Shown here in pieces: positions 1-9,053 of a DNA stretch of 64,000 nt. Both the position numbers and the translations under genes were made by a program. This DNA is from Myxococcota bacterium (GTDB lineage Bacteria; Myxococcota_A; UBA9160; SZUA-336): NCBI GenBank assembly GCA_965247115.1, contig CBDFGR010000002.1, positions 1,888,001 to 1,952,000 on the forward strand. Direction: 5' to 3'. How positions within the stretch are numbered: position 1 is the stretch's first letter; each line of letters opens with the position of its first letter. The notes under the pieces were generated by a model. The model was given only the letters and a program-made list of their open reading frames with translations. It had not been told where the DNA came from and did no database searches.

Positions 1-2
1 TC

Positions 3-140
3 ACCACAGGTCTCCGGAGTGACCTGACGCCCAAGACCTTCCTCGAGGCGAAGATCGTCTATGAGTACGATAGCGCGCCGGCACGCGGTGTAGATCGCCG
101 GGACATCGACTACATCTTCGGGCTTGGAGTCCGCTTCTAG
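3..140 (+). CDS. 3' end of a probable DUF481/YdiY-like outer-membrane beta-barrel protein (runs off window start)
   Basis: Manual translation TTGLRSDLTPKTFLEAKIVYEYDSAPARGVDRRDIDYIFGLGVRF*; alternating beta-strand pattern, YDSxP motif and C-terminal Phe typical of OMPs. Confidence 0.6.
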   Translation, partial: TTGLRSDLTPKTFLEAKIVYEYDSAPARGVDRRDIDYIFGLGVRF

Positions 141-174
141 GTGTAGACTCGGTTCTCCACAGGAGGAAGAGCCA

Positions 175-567
175 ATGCCTGTTTCCCCAGAGGATCGCGG
201 AGCGATCTTGGACCTCGCTTCTCGTTACTGTCACACGTTCGATCTGGGCGACCCGGACGGCTGGGCGGAGTGCTTCACGGAGGACGGCGTATTCGAGGCC
301 CCCGGCCAGACGCTGAAGGGCCGCGAAGACCTGCGCAAGATGGCGGAGAGCGCCCAGTTTCCCGCACCGATTCGGCACCTGCCATCGGTATTCTCCATCC
401 AGGGCGACGCCAATTCTGCAACGATGCTGTGCTACTTCACCGTGATTCGCCTCGACAGTCCACCCGCAACCTTCGCGGTCGGCCGCTACGAAGACCAGCT
501 GAAGAAGATCGACGGCCAGTGGAAGTTCGCCGCCAGGCGAGTGATCATGGACTGGAGCGACACATAG
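175..567 (+). CDS. SnoaL-like / NTF2-family protein
   Basis: AGGAGG RBS before ATG175; EDRGAILDLASRYCHTFD...FTEDGVF...GRYEDQLKKIDGQWKFAAR pattern. Confidence 0.85.
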   Translation: MPVSPEDRGAILDLASRYCHTFDLGDPDGWAECFTEDGVFEAPGQTLKGREDLRKMAESAQFPAPIRHLPSVFSIQGDANSATMLCYFTVIRLDSPPATFAVGRYEDQLKKIDGQWKFAARRVIMDWSDT

Positions 568-592
568 GTAGCGGCCCGCGCTGACCGGTTGT

Positions 593-730
593 CTACTCGA
601 GAGGGCTCTCGAACTTCGAACGTGAGATGAGCCGACCCGAGCCCTTCTCGGCGTCGACCGCTCCTCCCTCGTAGACCACCTCGCCCCGCCGAATCGTGAT
701 CCGCGGCCACCCAGTGACCTCCGTCCCCTG
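593..730 (-). pseudogene. C-terminal remnant of a dihydropyrimidinase/dihydroorotase-type amidohydrolase
   Basis: Manual translation QGTEVTGWPRITIRRGEVVYEGGAVDAEKGSGRLISRSKFESPLE* fits the GxxVxGWPxxTxxRGxVV...GxGR C-terminal motif; no upstream gene body. Confidence 0.6.
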
Positions 731-813
731 CGCCGGAGCGCTCACCGGTGGAAGCCCCACAGAGCTCCCGTTCGGCGCTACTCTCGTGCGGAAGACACGA
801 GCAGGGACATCCG

Positions 814-891
814 ATGAGTACCCTCTTTGGCCCGGTCATCCAGCAAGGCTACGTGGCTCCGGACTTCCACTATGGGGAAAGTGTAGGCTAG
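814..891 (+). pseudogene. N-terminal remnant of a VOC/glyoxalase-family gene
   Basis: MSTLFGPVIQQGYVAPDF then premature stop; resembles the LFGPxxQxGYVVxD start of VOC proteins. Confidence 0.45.
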
Positions 892-959
892 AGTTCGAGA
901 GGGCTTGAGTGTCCCGGAGATAGACCCATCGCAGCCATCAGCTCTTGGAGGCACGGTAA

Positions 960-2780
960 ATGACACTTGAGGCGACCCCGCGACCGGAGCACGCAGACCT
1001 GGATTTCGATCCCATCGCCCTGCGCGAGAGGTATCGGGAGGAGCGGGACAAGCGAATCCGAGCGGACGGGAACCAGCAATACCAGGAAGTCAAAGGCGAC
1101 TTCGCCCACTACACCGACGATCCCTACGTGGAGCCGGGCTTCCAGCGCGAGCCGCTCACCGACGAGGTGGATGTAGTCATCATCGGGGGCGGGTTCGGCG
1201 GGCAGCTCGCGGGCGCCCGCTTCCGTCAGGCCCGCTTCGAGGACGTTCGCATCATCGAGAAGGGCGGCGACTTCGGGGGGACGTGGTACTGGAACCGCTA
1301 TCCCGGTGCCCAGTGCGACATCGAGTCCTACATGTATCTGCCGTTGCTCGAGGACCTGGGCTTCATACCCAAGGAGAAGTACTCCTTCGCCCCCGAGATC
1401 CAGACCCATGCGCGTCGGATCGGCGAGGCGTTCGACCTGTATCGCGAAGCCTGCTTCCAGACGGAGGTGACCGACCTGAGCTGGGATGAGGCGGAGGACC
1501 GCTGGATCGTCACGACGGACCGCGACGACCGCATGAGGGCGCGCTTCGTGGTGCTGTGCAGCGGGCCGCTGAACCGGCCGAAGCTGCCGGCCATTCCGGG
1601 CATCACCGACTTCGAAGGACACACTTTCCACACGAGCCGCTGGGACTACGACTACACCGGTGGCGATGAGACGGGCAACCTCGACAAGCTGGGTGATAAG
1701 CGAGTGGGGATCATCGGGACGGGTGCCACGGCCATTCAGTGTGTTCCGCACGTCGGTCAGAGTGCCCAGCACCTTTACGTTTTCCAGCGAACCCCGTCTT
1801 CGGTCGACGAGCGCGGAAACAAGCCCACGGATCCCGACTGGGTGAGAGAGCTGACACCGGGTTGGCAGAAGCGTCGCCGGGAGAACTTCAACACCATGTT
1901 GACGGGCGGTCATGCGGAGCGAGACCTCGTGAACGACGGCTGGACCGAGATCTTTCGCAATCTCGCCAGCCTGCTTCCGAGGCAGCACGAGAGCACCGAA
2001 TCCCGCCACGCAGCCGGCGCGGCTATGGAGATCGCGGACTTCGAGAAGATGAACCAGGTCCGCGATCGCGTGAACACCACCGTCGAAGACGAGGCGACCG
2101 CCGACGCGCTGAAGCCGTGGTATCGCCAGTTCTGCAAGCGCCCCACCTTCAACGATGAGTACCTCCCCACGTTCAACCGGCCCAACGTGACGCTGGTCGA
2201 TACTGAGGGCAAGGGCGTCGACCGAATCACGAAGCGAGGAATCGTCGCCAACGGTGTCGAGTACGAAGTGGACTGCCTGATCTTCGCCACCGGGTTCGAG
2301 GTCGGTACAGCGTACACGCGGCGCGCGGGGCTCGAGATCCACGGCCGAGGCGGCGTGACCCTCACAGACCACTGGTTGGACGGCATGAAGACCCTGCACG
2401 GCTTCACCAGTCGCGGGTTCCCCAACATCTTCCACATGGGTATCCTGCAAAATGGTCTGTCCCCGAACTTGACCTCGATGCTCGACGACCAGGCCCAGCA
2501 CATCGCCTACATCATCGAGCAGGTGAAGGCGCGAGGGGCGCGCCGCGTAGAGCCGTCCGCCGAGGCGGAGGCAGACTGGGTCGCCACCATCCGCAAGCTC
2601 GCGCGCCACAGCTACCGCTTCTTCGAAGCGTGCACGCCGGGCTACTACAACAACGAAGGACAGCCGGGGGCGGGCAATGCCCTGGCCCAGGAGCAGTACG
2701 CCCCGGGGATCAACGCCTTCAACCAGCTCCTCGAGGAGTGGCGCACAAAGGGCGAGCTGGAAGGGCTCGAGCTGGACTAG
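960..2780 (+). CDS. Baeyer-Villiger monooxygenase (type I, FAD/NADPH)
   Basis: GGGFGG and GTGATA Rossmann motifs, GGTWYWNRYPG, BVMO fingerprint FEGHTFHTSRW, RPTFNDEYL. Confidence 0.93.
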   Translation: MTLEATPRPEHADLDFDPIALRERYREERDKRIRADGNQQYQEVKGDFAHYTDDPYVEPGFQREPLTDEVDVVIIGGGFGGQLAGARFRQARFEDVRIIEKGGDFGGTWYWNRYPGAQCDIESYMYLPLLEDLGFIPKEKYSFAPEIQTHARRIGEAFDLYREACFQTEVTDLSWDEAEDRWIVTTDRDDRMRARFVVLCSGPLNRPKLPAIPGITDFEGHTFHTSRWDYDYTGGDETGNLDKLGDKRVGIIGTGATAIQCVPHVGQSAQHLYVFQRTPSSVDERGNKPTDPDWVRELTPGWQKRRRENFNTMLTGGHAERDLVNDGWTEIFRNLASLLPRQHESTESRHAAGAAMEIADFEKMNQVRDRVNTTVEDEATADALKPWYRQFCKRPTFNDEYLPTFNRPNVTLVDTEGKGVDRITKRGIVANGVEYEVDCLIFATGFEVGTAYTRRAGLEIHGRGGVTLTDHWLDGMKTLHGFTSRGFPNIFHMGILQNGLSPNLTSMLDDQAQHIAYIIEQVKARGARRVEPSAEAEADWVATIRKLARHSYRFFEACTPGYYNNEGQPGAGNALAQEQYAPGINAFNQLLEEWRTKGELEGLELD

Positions 2781-2874
2781 GGCGGCAAGCTGAACCCGAG
2801 ACCCAAGTGCGAGTGCGTGTGACTCGTATGGCACGGGGGCGTATGATCGGGCGGGCTGTTCCGAGGAGAGAGAC

Positions 2875-3297
2875 ATGCCGAGCTTGGAAGAAAAAGTGCA
2901 GGCGCTCGAGGCGCGCGACGAGATTCGCGAGCTGACCGCGCGCTACTGCCACGCGGTGACCCGCGCTGACTCCGCCACGATCGTCGGACTCTTCTGCGAC
3001 GACGGAGTCTTCGAGACAGGGAAGACCGTAGTGCGCGGACGAGTCGAGCTCGAGAAGTTCTACCGCGCGATCCAACCCCCGCCGCTTCCGTTCATCCAGA
3101 ACCACGTAATCGAGCTTGCGGGGGAGGAGGCGACGGGACAGTGCTCCGCCGAGATCCGGATGGTGCGCGATGGTGAGGCGATCACGGCCTGCGGCTACTA
3201 CGACGACCGCTACCGCCGCGTAAAGGGGGAATGGAAGTTTGCGGCCCGCAAGTTCAACTTCTTCCACGCGGTGCCGCTCAGCAAGGGCTGGGCCTGA
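2875..3297 (+). CDS. SnoaL-like / NTF2-family protein
   Basis: LEARDEIRELTARYCHAV...GYYDDRYRRVKGEWKFAARK; GAGGAG RBS. Confidence 0.85.
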   Translation: MPSLEEKVQALEARDEIRELTARYCHAVTRADSATIVGLFCDDGVFETGKTVVRGRVELEKFYRAIQPPPLPFIQNHVIELAGEEATGQCSAEIRMVRDGEAITACGYYDDRYRRVKGEWKFAARKFNFFHAVPLSKGWA

Positions 3298-3298
3298 G

Positions 3299-4444
3299 AT
3301 GGGACCGCTCGAGGGGATCCGGATCATCGAGCTTCAGGGCATCGGACCGGGTCCGTTCTGCGCGATGATGCTGGCGGACATGGGAGCCGAGGTCATTCGC
3401 GTCGATCGGACCGGGGTACGCGGTGGCTTGCCGCGGGATCCGCGCTACGACACGCTTGCGAGGGGGCGTCGGTCGGTGCGGATCGACCTCAAACAGCCGG
3501 GCGGCGTCGAGGCGCTCCTGCGTATGACCGAGCGGGCCGACGGGCTCATCGAGGGATTTCGCCCCGGCGTCATCGAGCGTTTGGGTCTCGGTCCCGACGT
3601 GCTTCTCGAGCGCAACCCGCGAGTCGTGATCGGGCGTATGACCGGTTGGGGGCAAGAGGGCCCGATCGCCCAGACGGCCGGGCACGACATCAACTACATC
3701 GCGCTGGCTGGCGCGCTGTTCAACATCGGGCGCAAGGGCGCGCCTCCGGTGCCGCCGCTCAACCTGGTCGGAGATTTCGGGGGCGGGGGGATGTTTCTCG
3801 CCTTTGGCATGGTCTGTGGGATCCTGAGCGCCCGGCAGACCGGTGTGGGGCAGGTCGTAGACTCGGCGATGGTCGACGGGGCGGCTGTTCTCTGCGCTCC
3901 CTTGTACGGACAGCTCGCAGCGGGACGCCTCGAGGAAGGCCGGGAGACGGGCATCCTGAACGGCGGAACACACTTCTACGACGCGTTCGAGTGTTCCGAT
4001 GGAGAGTTCGTCTCGATCGCTTCGCTCGAGCCGCAGTTCTACGCTGAGCTCTGCAAGCTCATGGGACTCGACCCGGAGGACTTCAGCGAGCAGATGAACC
4101 CCAAGCGCTGGCCGGAGCAGCGCGCCAGGATCGCGGCGCTATTCCGAACAAAGACACGGGACGAGTGGTGCGATGTCCTGCAGCAGAGCGATGCCTGCTT
4201 CGCCCCGGTGCTCCGGATGGCCGAAGCGATCGAGCACCCTCAAAACCGGGTGAGGAAGACATTCGTCGAGGTGGACGGCGTGGTTCAGCCGGCCCCGGCC
4301 CCGCGCTTTAGCGCGACGGCTCCCGAAATCTCACGCCCTCCCGCACAGCCGGGGGAGCACACCGACGAGATCCTCGCAGACTTCGGCTTCAGCACGGACG
4401 AGATCGGAGCTCTTCACGACTCGGGCGCCGTCGCGGGGCAGTAG
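3299..4444 (+). CDS. Family III CoA-transferase / alpha-methylacyl-CoA racemase (CaiB/BaiF)
   Basis: GIGPGPFCAMMLADMGAEVIRVDR, EGFRPGV, AGHDINY, NLVGDFGGGG; ATG3299 lies just after the upstream stop. Confidence 0.92.
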   Translation: MGPLEGIRIIELQGIGPGPFCAMMLADMGAEVIRVDRTGVRGGLPRDPRYDTLARGRRSVRIDLKQPGGVEALLRMTERADGLIEGFRPGVIERLGLGPDVLLERNPRVVIGRMTGWGQEGPIAQTAGHDINYIALAGALFNIGRKGAPPVPPLNLVGDFGGGGMFLAFGMVCGILSARQTGVGQVVDSAMVDGAAVLCAPLYGQLAAGRLEEGRETGILNGGTHFYDAFECSDGEFVSIASLEPQFYAELCKLMGLDPEDFSEQMNPKRWPEQRARIAALFRTKTRDEWCDVLQQSDACFAPVLRMAEAIEHPQNRVRKTFVEVDGVVQPAPAPRFSATAPEISRPPAQPGEHTDEILADFGFSTDEIGALHDSGAVAGQ

Positions 4445-4456
4445 GTCAGCGCCCGA

Positions 4457-5929
4457 GTGCGCAAAGTCCCTGAGAGGGCGTCCGCAGTGTGGATGATGGT
4501 GCTGTCAAGCTGTGTCGGGCTGCTTCTTGCGAGTGCGGGGTCGGCGGTTGCAGATTCGGTTGACGAGGCGGCCCTCCAGGAGTTCGTCGCTGCGCCCTGG
4601 ACCGGAGATCTCGAGGGCATGCGCGAGCGGGGTTTCGTCCGCCTGCTGACGACCTACAACCCGCTCTACTTCACGTACGACGGGATCGAGCAACGCGGCA
4701 TCGTCGTCGAGAGTGCGAGGGCATTCGAGGATCATCTCGGCCAGGCCAGCAACCGAAAGGGAGGAGACCTGCACGTAGTCCTGATCCCGGTCGCCCGCGA
4801 CGAGCTCCTGCCGAGTCTGAGAGCGGGAAGGGGAGACGTGGTGTCGGCGAACCTGACGATCACGCCGGCCAGGCAGGCGCTCGTGGCGTTCTCCGATCCG
4901 ATGGTTCCGGATGTGCGGGAGCTGGTGGTGAGCGGTCCGGCCGCTCGGGGCCTGGGATCGCTCGATGACCTCAGCGGAACGACCCTCTACGTGCGGGAGT
5001 CCAGCAGCTACTACGAGCACCTGGCAGAGCTGAACGCGGTACGAGAGCGAGCGGGCAAGACCGAGATCCCGGTGCGCAAGGCCGATGAGCGTCTGGAAGA
5101 CTACGACTTGCTCGAGATGGTGAACGCGGGCCTCATCCCTGCGGTCGTCGTGGACGGCTACAAGGCGAGGCTCTGGGCGCAGGTCTTCGATGACATCGAG
5201 GTGCACGAGGACATAGTGACCCACTCGGGCGGCTCGCTGGCATGGGCCGTCCGCAACGACTCGCCAGAGCTCCTGGCGGAGGTCAACGCCTTCGTCAAGG
5301 TCGTCCGCAAGGGGACCATGCTGGGGAACATACTCATCAAGCGGTACTACGGAAGCACGAAGTGGATCGACAACATCTACTCGGAGACGGGGCGGGAGAG
5401 GTATCGAGAGACGATCGATCTGATCCAGCGCTACGCGGATCTATACGAGTTCGATGCGTTGATGCTGACGGCGCAAGCGTACCAGGAGTCGAAGCTCGAC
5501 CAGAGCACGCGCAGTCCCGCCGGCGCAATCGGCATCATGCAGGTGCTTCGCAGCACGGCTGCCGACCCCAACGTGGACATCCCGAACATCGATGAAGCCG
5601 AGCAGAACGTCCACGCGGGTGCGAAGTATCTGCGCTTTCTCCGCAAGCGCTATTTCAGCTCGGACGAGATCGCACCCCTGGACCGCATTCTGTTCTCGTT
5701 CGCCGCGTACAACGCCGGACCCCGAGCCATCCGCAGGGCGCGACAGCTGGCGGCTGACATGGGCTTTGATCGGAATGTCTGGTTCGGGAACGTCGAGGTC
5801 GCTGCGGCGCGGACGATCAGCCGCGAACCCGTCGTCTACGTGCGCAACATCTACAAGTACTACATTGCGTATACGCAGCTCGAAGAGCGGCGGCTGGCAC
5901 GCGAGGCCGCGCTCACGGGCTTGGAGTGA
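4457..5929 (+). CDS. MltF-like lytic transglycosylase (periplasmic binding domain + SLT domain)
   Basis: Signal peptide, WTGDL, ANLTITPAR, AYQESKLD catalytic Glu motif, GIMQV, AAYNAGP. Confidence 0.88.
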   Translation: MRKVPERASAVWMMVLSSCVGLLLASAGSAVADSVDEAALQEFVAAPWTGDLEGMRERGFVRLLTTYNPLYFTYDGIEQRGIVVESARAFEDHLGQASNRKGGDLHVVLIPVARDELLPSLRAGRGDVVSANLTITPARQALVAFSDPMVPDVRELVVSGPAARGLGSLDDLSGTTLYVRESSSYYEHLAELNAVRERAGKTEIPVRKADERLEDYDLLEMVNAGLIPAVVVDGYKARLWAQVFDDIEVHEDIVTHSGGSLAWAVRNDSPELLAEVNAFVKVVRKGTMLGNILIKRYYGSTKWIDNIYSETGRERYRETIDLIQRYADLYEFDALMLTAQAYQESKLDQSTRSPAGAIGIMQVLRSTAADPNVDIPNIDEAEQNVHAGAKYLRFLRKRYFSSDEIAPLDRILFSFAAYNAGPRAIRRARQLAADMGFDRNVWFGNVEVAAARTISREPVVYVRNIYKYYIAYTQLEERRLAREAALTGLE

Positions 5930-5936
5930 TTCCCGT

Positions 5937-6416
5937 TCAGAGGTACTGCGGGAGCACCTCTGCGATCTCCTCCGGCGCGGCTCTCGGACCGAATCTCTCC
6001 ACCACGGCTCCGGAGCGATCGACCAGAAACTTGGTGAAGTTCCAGGCGATGTCCTCGTTACCCTCTTCGTCTGACTTCTGCGACTTCAGGAACTTGTAGA
6101 GCTCACAGGCGCCGTCACCGTTGACCTCGATCTTCGCAAACAGAGGGAACTCGACACCGAACTTCGAGCTGGCGAACTCGAGTATCTCTGCGTTGCCGCC
6201 CGGCTCCTGGCCGCCGAACTGGTTGCAAGGGAAGCCAAGGACGCGGAGACCCCTGGCCTTGTTGGTCTCGTGTAGGGTATGCAGACCTGCATACTGCGGC
6301 GTGAGGCCTCACCGACTCGCCAGGTTGACGATCAAGCAAACCTGGCCCTCGTACTGCGAGAGCGGAACCGGCTCGCCTGTAATCGAGTCCATCTCAAAGT
6401 CGTAGAGAGTCGCCAT
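5937..6416 (-). CDS. Glutathione peroxidase, selenocysteine-containing (in-frame TGA at codon 36)
   Basis: AAGGAG RBS, ATG6416; 159 aa reading LIVNLASR-[TGA 6311-6309]-GLTPQYAGL...LGFPCNQFGGQEPG...FPLFAKIEVNG...IAWNFTKFLVDRSG; the TGA sits at the peroxidatic Cys/Sec position. Confidence 0.92.
6277..6294 (-). promoter_or_regulatory. Bacterial SECIS-like hairpin
   Basis: mRNA GUAUGCAGGUCUGCAUAC begins 14 nt 3' of the UGA; perfect inverted repeat; core UGCAGGUCUGCA matches the E. coli fdhF SECIS apical stem-loop as I recall it. Confidence 0.8.
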
Positions 6417-6514
6417 CGGGCTCCTTTTGCGAATGGGAGCGCCCAGGCTACCGCATAACCCGAGCCAGCGTCGACCCCGAGCGACTGCGCAACAAGCTCC
6501 TGAGGTACTCCGCC

Positions 6515-7720
6515 TCAGTAGTCGATGCCCTTCTCCGCGGCCTGGCTACGGATGGTACCGAAGACCCTCTCGTCGAATGCGTCATCCTTGCCCTCCGCCT
6601 CGCGCTTTGCGGCTTCTTTGGCGAGATACGCATCACGCTCCTCGACCAGCTCCGAGATACGGTCCTGGACCTCTCTTCGCTGCTTGGCCTTGTTCGCCAG
6701 GTAGCCGCGCTGCTCGTCGCCGTTCATGTCGCGCATCTCCTCTGGCAGCGCTGCGGCCGGAAGAGCCTCGAGCTCGACCTCACCGGCGTTCACCGCGTCC
6801 ACCAGATCGGCGCGACCGGAGTTGAGAGCGCCTCCCTTCTTGTCCAGGTAGGCCAGTCGTGAGGCCACGGCCGCGGGGACCGCTCTGAAGGTCTGGCGCA
6901 GCTTCCCCATGAGCTCTTCTCTCTCATCCGCGTCACCGTAGGCGAGGACGGTCTCGTTGACTTCTCGATTCAGCTTCGCCAGCTCTTCGTCCATCGGCGT
7001 GGACTCGGCAATCATGGCTCCGTCCTGGGCGATCGCTGCGTACTCGCCCTGACTCAGACGGGCGATCTCCTGCCAAACCTGAGCCGTCGCTGGATCGGGG
7101 CCACACTGGATCGTGTTCACGACGATACCGCGGCTCTTTGCGAGCTCGACGGATCGCGCGTAGCGAACGTCGTTGTCGTAATCCATGTGCGGCGGTGCGT
7201 CCCCCACCAGGAAGATCACCCGGTAGACGTCTGGAGCATCGCTCCAGCCCATCTCGGTCACGGCCTCGTGCAGGGCCTGGTTCACCGACTCCGGCCCGTC
7301 ACCTCCTCCTCCCGCCTGAAAGCTCTGGAGCTGCCCGTAGAGGGCGTCGATGTCGTCGTCGAGCGCGAAGCGGCGCGTGACGTATGCGTCGCCGCGATCG
7401 CGGTAGCTGATCAGGCCCATACGGATGTCGGGCGTAGTGTTCGCGCTCGCCATGCGGTTCGCAATCGACCAGATCTTCTGCTTGGCGCCGTCGATCAAGT
7501 TCGACATCGATCCGGTCGTGTCAAGCACGAAGACCGCCTCGATGCGGGGCGCTGCGATCTGCGTGATCGGACTGAGGGTTCCTCCCGTCGTGACGACGAG
7601 ATCCGGCGCGTTCGCGTGGGCAATCAGCGCCGTGGTGAGCACGAGAACGGAAAGCGCACAGAGCCTTGCACCAGTGGTCTTCGACAGAGTTGCCAGTCTT
7701 CGGGGAATCGAATCGGTCAT
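6515..7720 (-). CDS. Exported VWA (von Willebrand A) domain protein
   Basis: GAGGAG RBS before ATG7720; N-terminal hydrophobic signal; MIDAS-type FVLDTTGSM, GGGDGPE, LVGDAPPH; helical C-terminal region. Confidence 0.88.
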   Translation of the reverse strand: MTDSIPRRLATLSKTTGARLCALSVLVLTTALIAHANAPDLVVTTGGTLSPITQIAAPRIEAVFVLDTTGSMSNLIDGAKQKIWSIANRMASANTTPDIRMGLISYRDRGDAYVTRRFALDDDIDALYGQLQSFQAGGGGDGPESVNQALHEAVTEMGWSDAPDVYRVIFLVGDAPPHMDYDNDVRYARSVELAKSRGIVVNTIQCGPDPATAQVWQEIARLSQGEYAAIAQDGAMIAESTPMDEELAKLNREVNETVLAYGDADEREELMGKLRQTFRAVPAAVASRLAYLDKKGGALNSGRADLVDAVNAGEVELEALPAAALPEEMRDMNGDEQRGYLANKAKQRREVQDRISELVEERDAYLAKEAAKREAEGKDDAFDERVFGTIRSQAAEKGIDY

Positions 7721-7745
7721 CGCGGAATCTCCTCTTGGGCGGGGT

Positions 7746-8324
7746 TTACGAGCTCTGCTGCAGCAACGCGCGTGCGCGCCGACAGGCCCGTTCGAAGGGA
7801 TCGGTCTCATGCAGTTCGCTGAGGTCTCTGCGTGTCGGCGCGCTGGCGCCGCCTATCAGGAAGAAGGCGCTCTGAACCAGGAAGAAGCCCCACAGAGCCG
7901 AGGCTTCCGGAACGAGCGGGCCGTGGAACAGGTACGAGCCCAGGGCCAGGCCCGCGCCGATCAAGCCGGCCTCGGTTGCAAAGCGGCGGGCGAAGCCACT
8001 CGCATTCTTCTGCCGAGCCGGATGCAGCAGGCCGGAGCGGAACAGCCCGATCAAGACCGCGAGCGCCAGCGCGAGCTCGGATACGCTGGCTCCAAACAGC
8101 AACAGCAGGGAGCCGCACAGCAGCGCCGTGCCCGCGGCGGCAATCCCGCGCAGGGGCCGACGCGAGACGCCCGCCAGGTAAACGGCCGCTGCCAGCAGCA
8201 GGTAGGTTGCGAACGCGAGCTTCCAGCCGCCGACGATCTGCATCAGGCCCAGGTAGAACGGGGCTCCGCCCGCACACAGGAAGGCGAAGAGCAGGCTTCG
8301 GCCGAAGCCGTTCCAGTAGCTCAT
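7746..8324 (-). CDS. Multi-pass integral membrane protein of unknown function
   Basis: About 6 hydrophobic segments and an amphipathic DPFERACRRARALL tail; start overlaps the pspA-like stop (ATGA). Confidence 0.8.
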   Translation of the reverse strand: MSYWNGFGRSLLFAFLCAGGAPFYLGLMQIVGGWKLAFATYLLLAAAVYLAGVSRRPLRGIAAAGTALLCGSLLLLFGASVSELALALAVLIGLFRSGLLHPARQKNASGFARRFATEAGLIGAGLALGSYLFHGPLVPEASALWGFFLVQSAFFLIGGASAPTRRDLSELHETDPFERACRRARALLQQSS

Positions 8325-8890
8325 GCCGCTGCCCCCCCGGCTCCGTGCTGCTCGCGCCGCCGCAGCAGCTCCAGGTCGACCTCCTCGTCGCAGACGGTGA
8401 CGACGTCGCTCGCGTGCTCCCCTTCCTCACGTGTCTCACACCTCGAGCGATCCAGGGCCCGTTCGCGTGCCAGCTGCGCCTCCACGCGATCGCGCAGCTC
8501 CTCGAGCTCGCGCTCTTGCGTCTCGAGCTTCTGACTCAGTCGCTCGAGCTCCTCGCGCGCCTCCCGTTCCTGCTCGTCGAGGAGCTCGGCCTGCTTCCGC
8601 GCCGACAGCAGGCGCCGGATCGAGAAGCGAGCCAGCGTCTCCTCACCGCGTTCCAGCGCGAGGCGGATGTCGTCATCCAGCCCGGTCGAGCGCGCCTCGA
8701 GCTGCTGGCGCTGGCGCTCCAGGAGCTCCGTCCAGTTCGCGAGCTCCTCGCGTCGGACTCGCTTCTGGGCCAGCTCGAGCTCCGCCTCGCGAAGACACTG
8801 CTTGAGCATGAGCGAGCGATCCTCTAGCGAGTCGAGCAGGCCGTGCGCGTCGGCCCTCGAGAGGGTGATGAAACGTTGGAAGAAGGTCAT
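8321..8890 (-). CDS. PspA/IM30-family coiled-coil protein
   Basis: MTFFQRFITLSRADAHGLLDSLEDRSLMLKQCLREAE (amphipathic helix 0 + LDxxED), ALERGEETLAR motif, long coiled coil; GAGGAG RBS. Confidence 0.85.
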   Translation of the reverse strand: MTFFQRFITLSRADAHGLLDSLEDRSLMLKQCLREAELELAQKRVRREELANWTELLERQRQQLEARSTGLDDDIRLALERGEETLARFSIRRLLSARKQAELLDEQEREAREELERLSQKLETQERELEELRDRVEAQLARERALDRSRCETREEGEHASDVVTVCDEEVDLELLRRREQHGAGGAAA

Positions 8891-8969
8891 GTCGGGCTCC
8901 TCTTGGTGTCGCGAGCGAGCGAACTCGCTCTCTCGTCTAGAGATAAGTGTCGGCGAACGAGACCGGAAT

Positions 8970-9020
8970 GACGCCAAAAGCTCTGTAAAGACCCTGGCGT
9001 CGCGTTTACATTCTCTTTAC
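8970..9020. promoter_or_regulatory. Putative OmpR/CpxR-type tandem binding boxes in a divergent promoter
   Basis: TTTAC at 9005-9009 and 9016-9020 (11-bp period; GTAAA-N6-GTAAA on minus); opposing GTAAA at 8985-8989; GACGCCA/TGGCGTC inverted repeat at 8970-8976 / 8995-9001. Confidence 0.55.
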
Positions 9021-9053
9021 GCAGAACGCCGCTCGATTACCGATACTCTGGAA

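Noticed and set aside
888..2876. Long antisense and alternate-frame ORFs (e.g. 888-2876 -, 29293-31617 +, 22124-23944 +, 43990-45567 -, 44517-46277 +)
   Set aside because: They shadow genes with clear family motifs, have no motifs of their own, and are expected from stop-codon scarcity at high GC
6086..6405. Short ORFs offered by the track over the GPx locus
   Set aside because: The real frame is the TGA-containing GPx at 5937-6416
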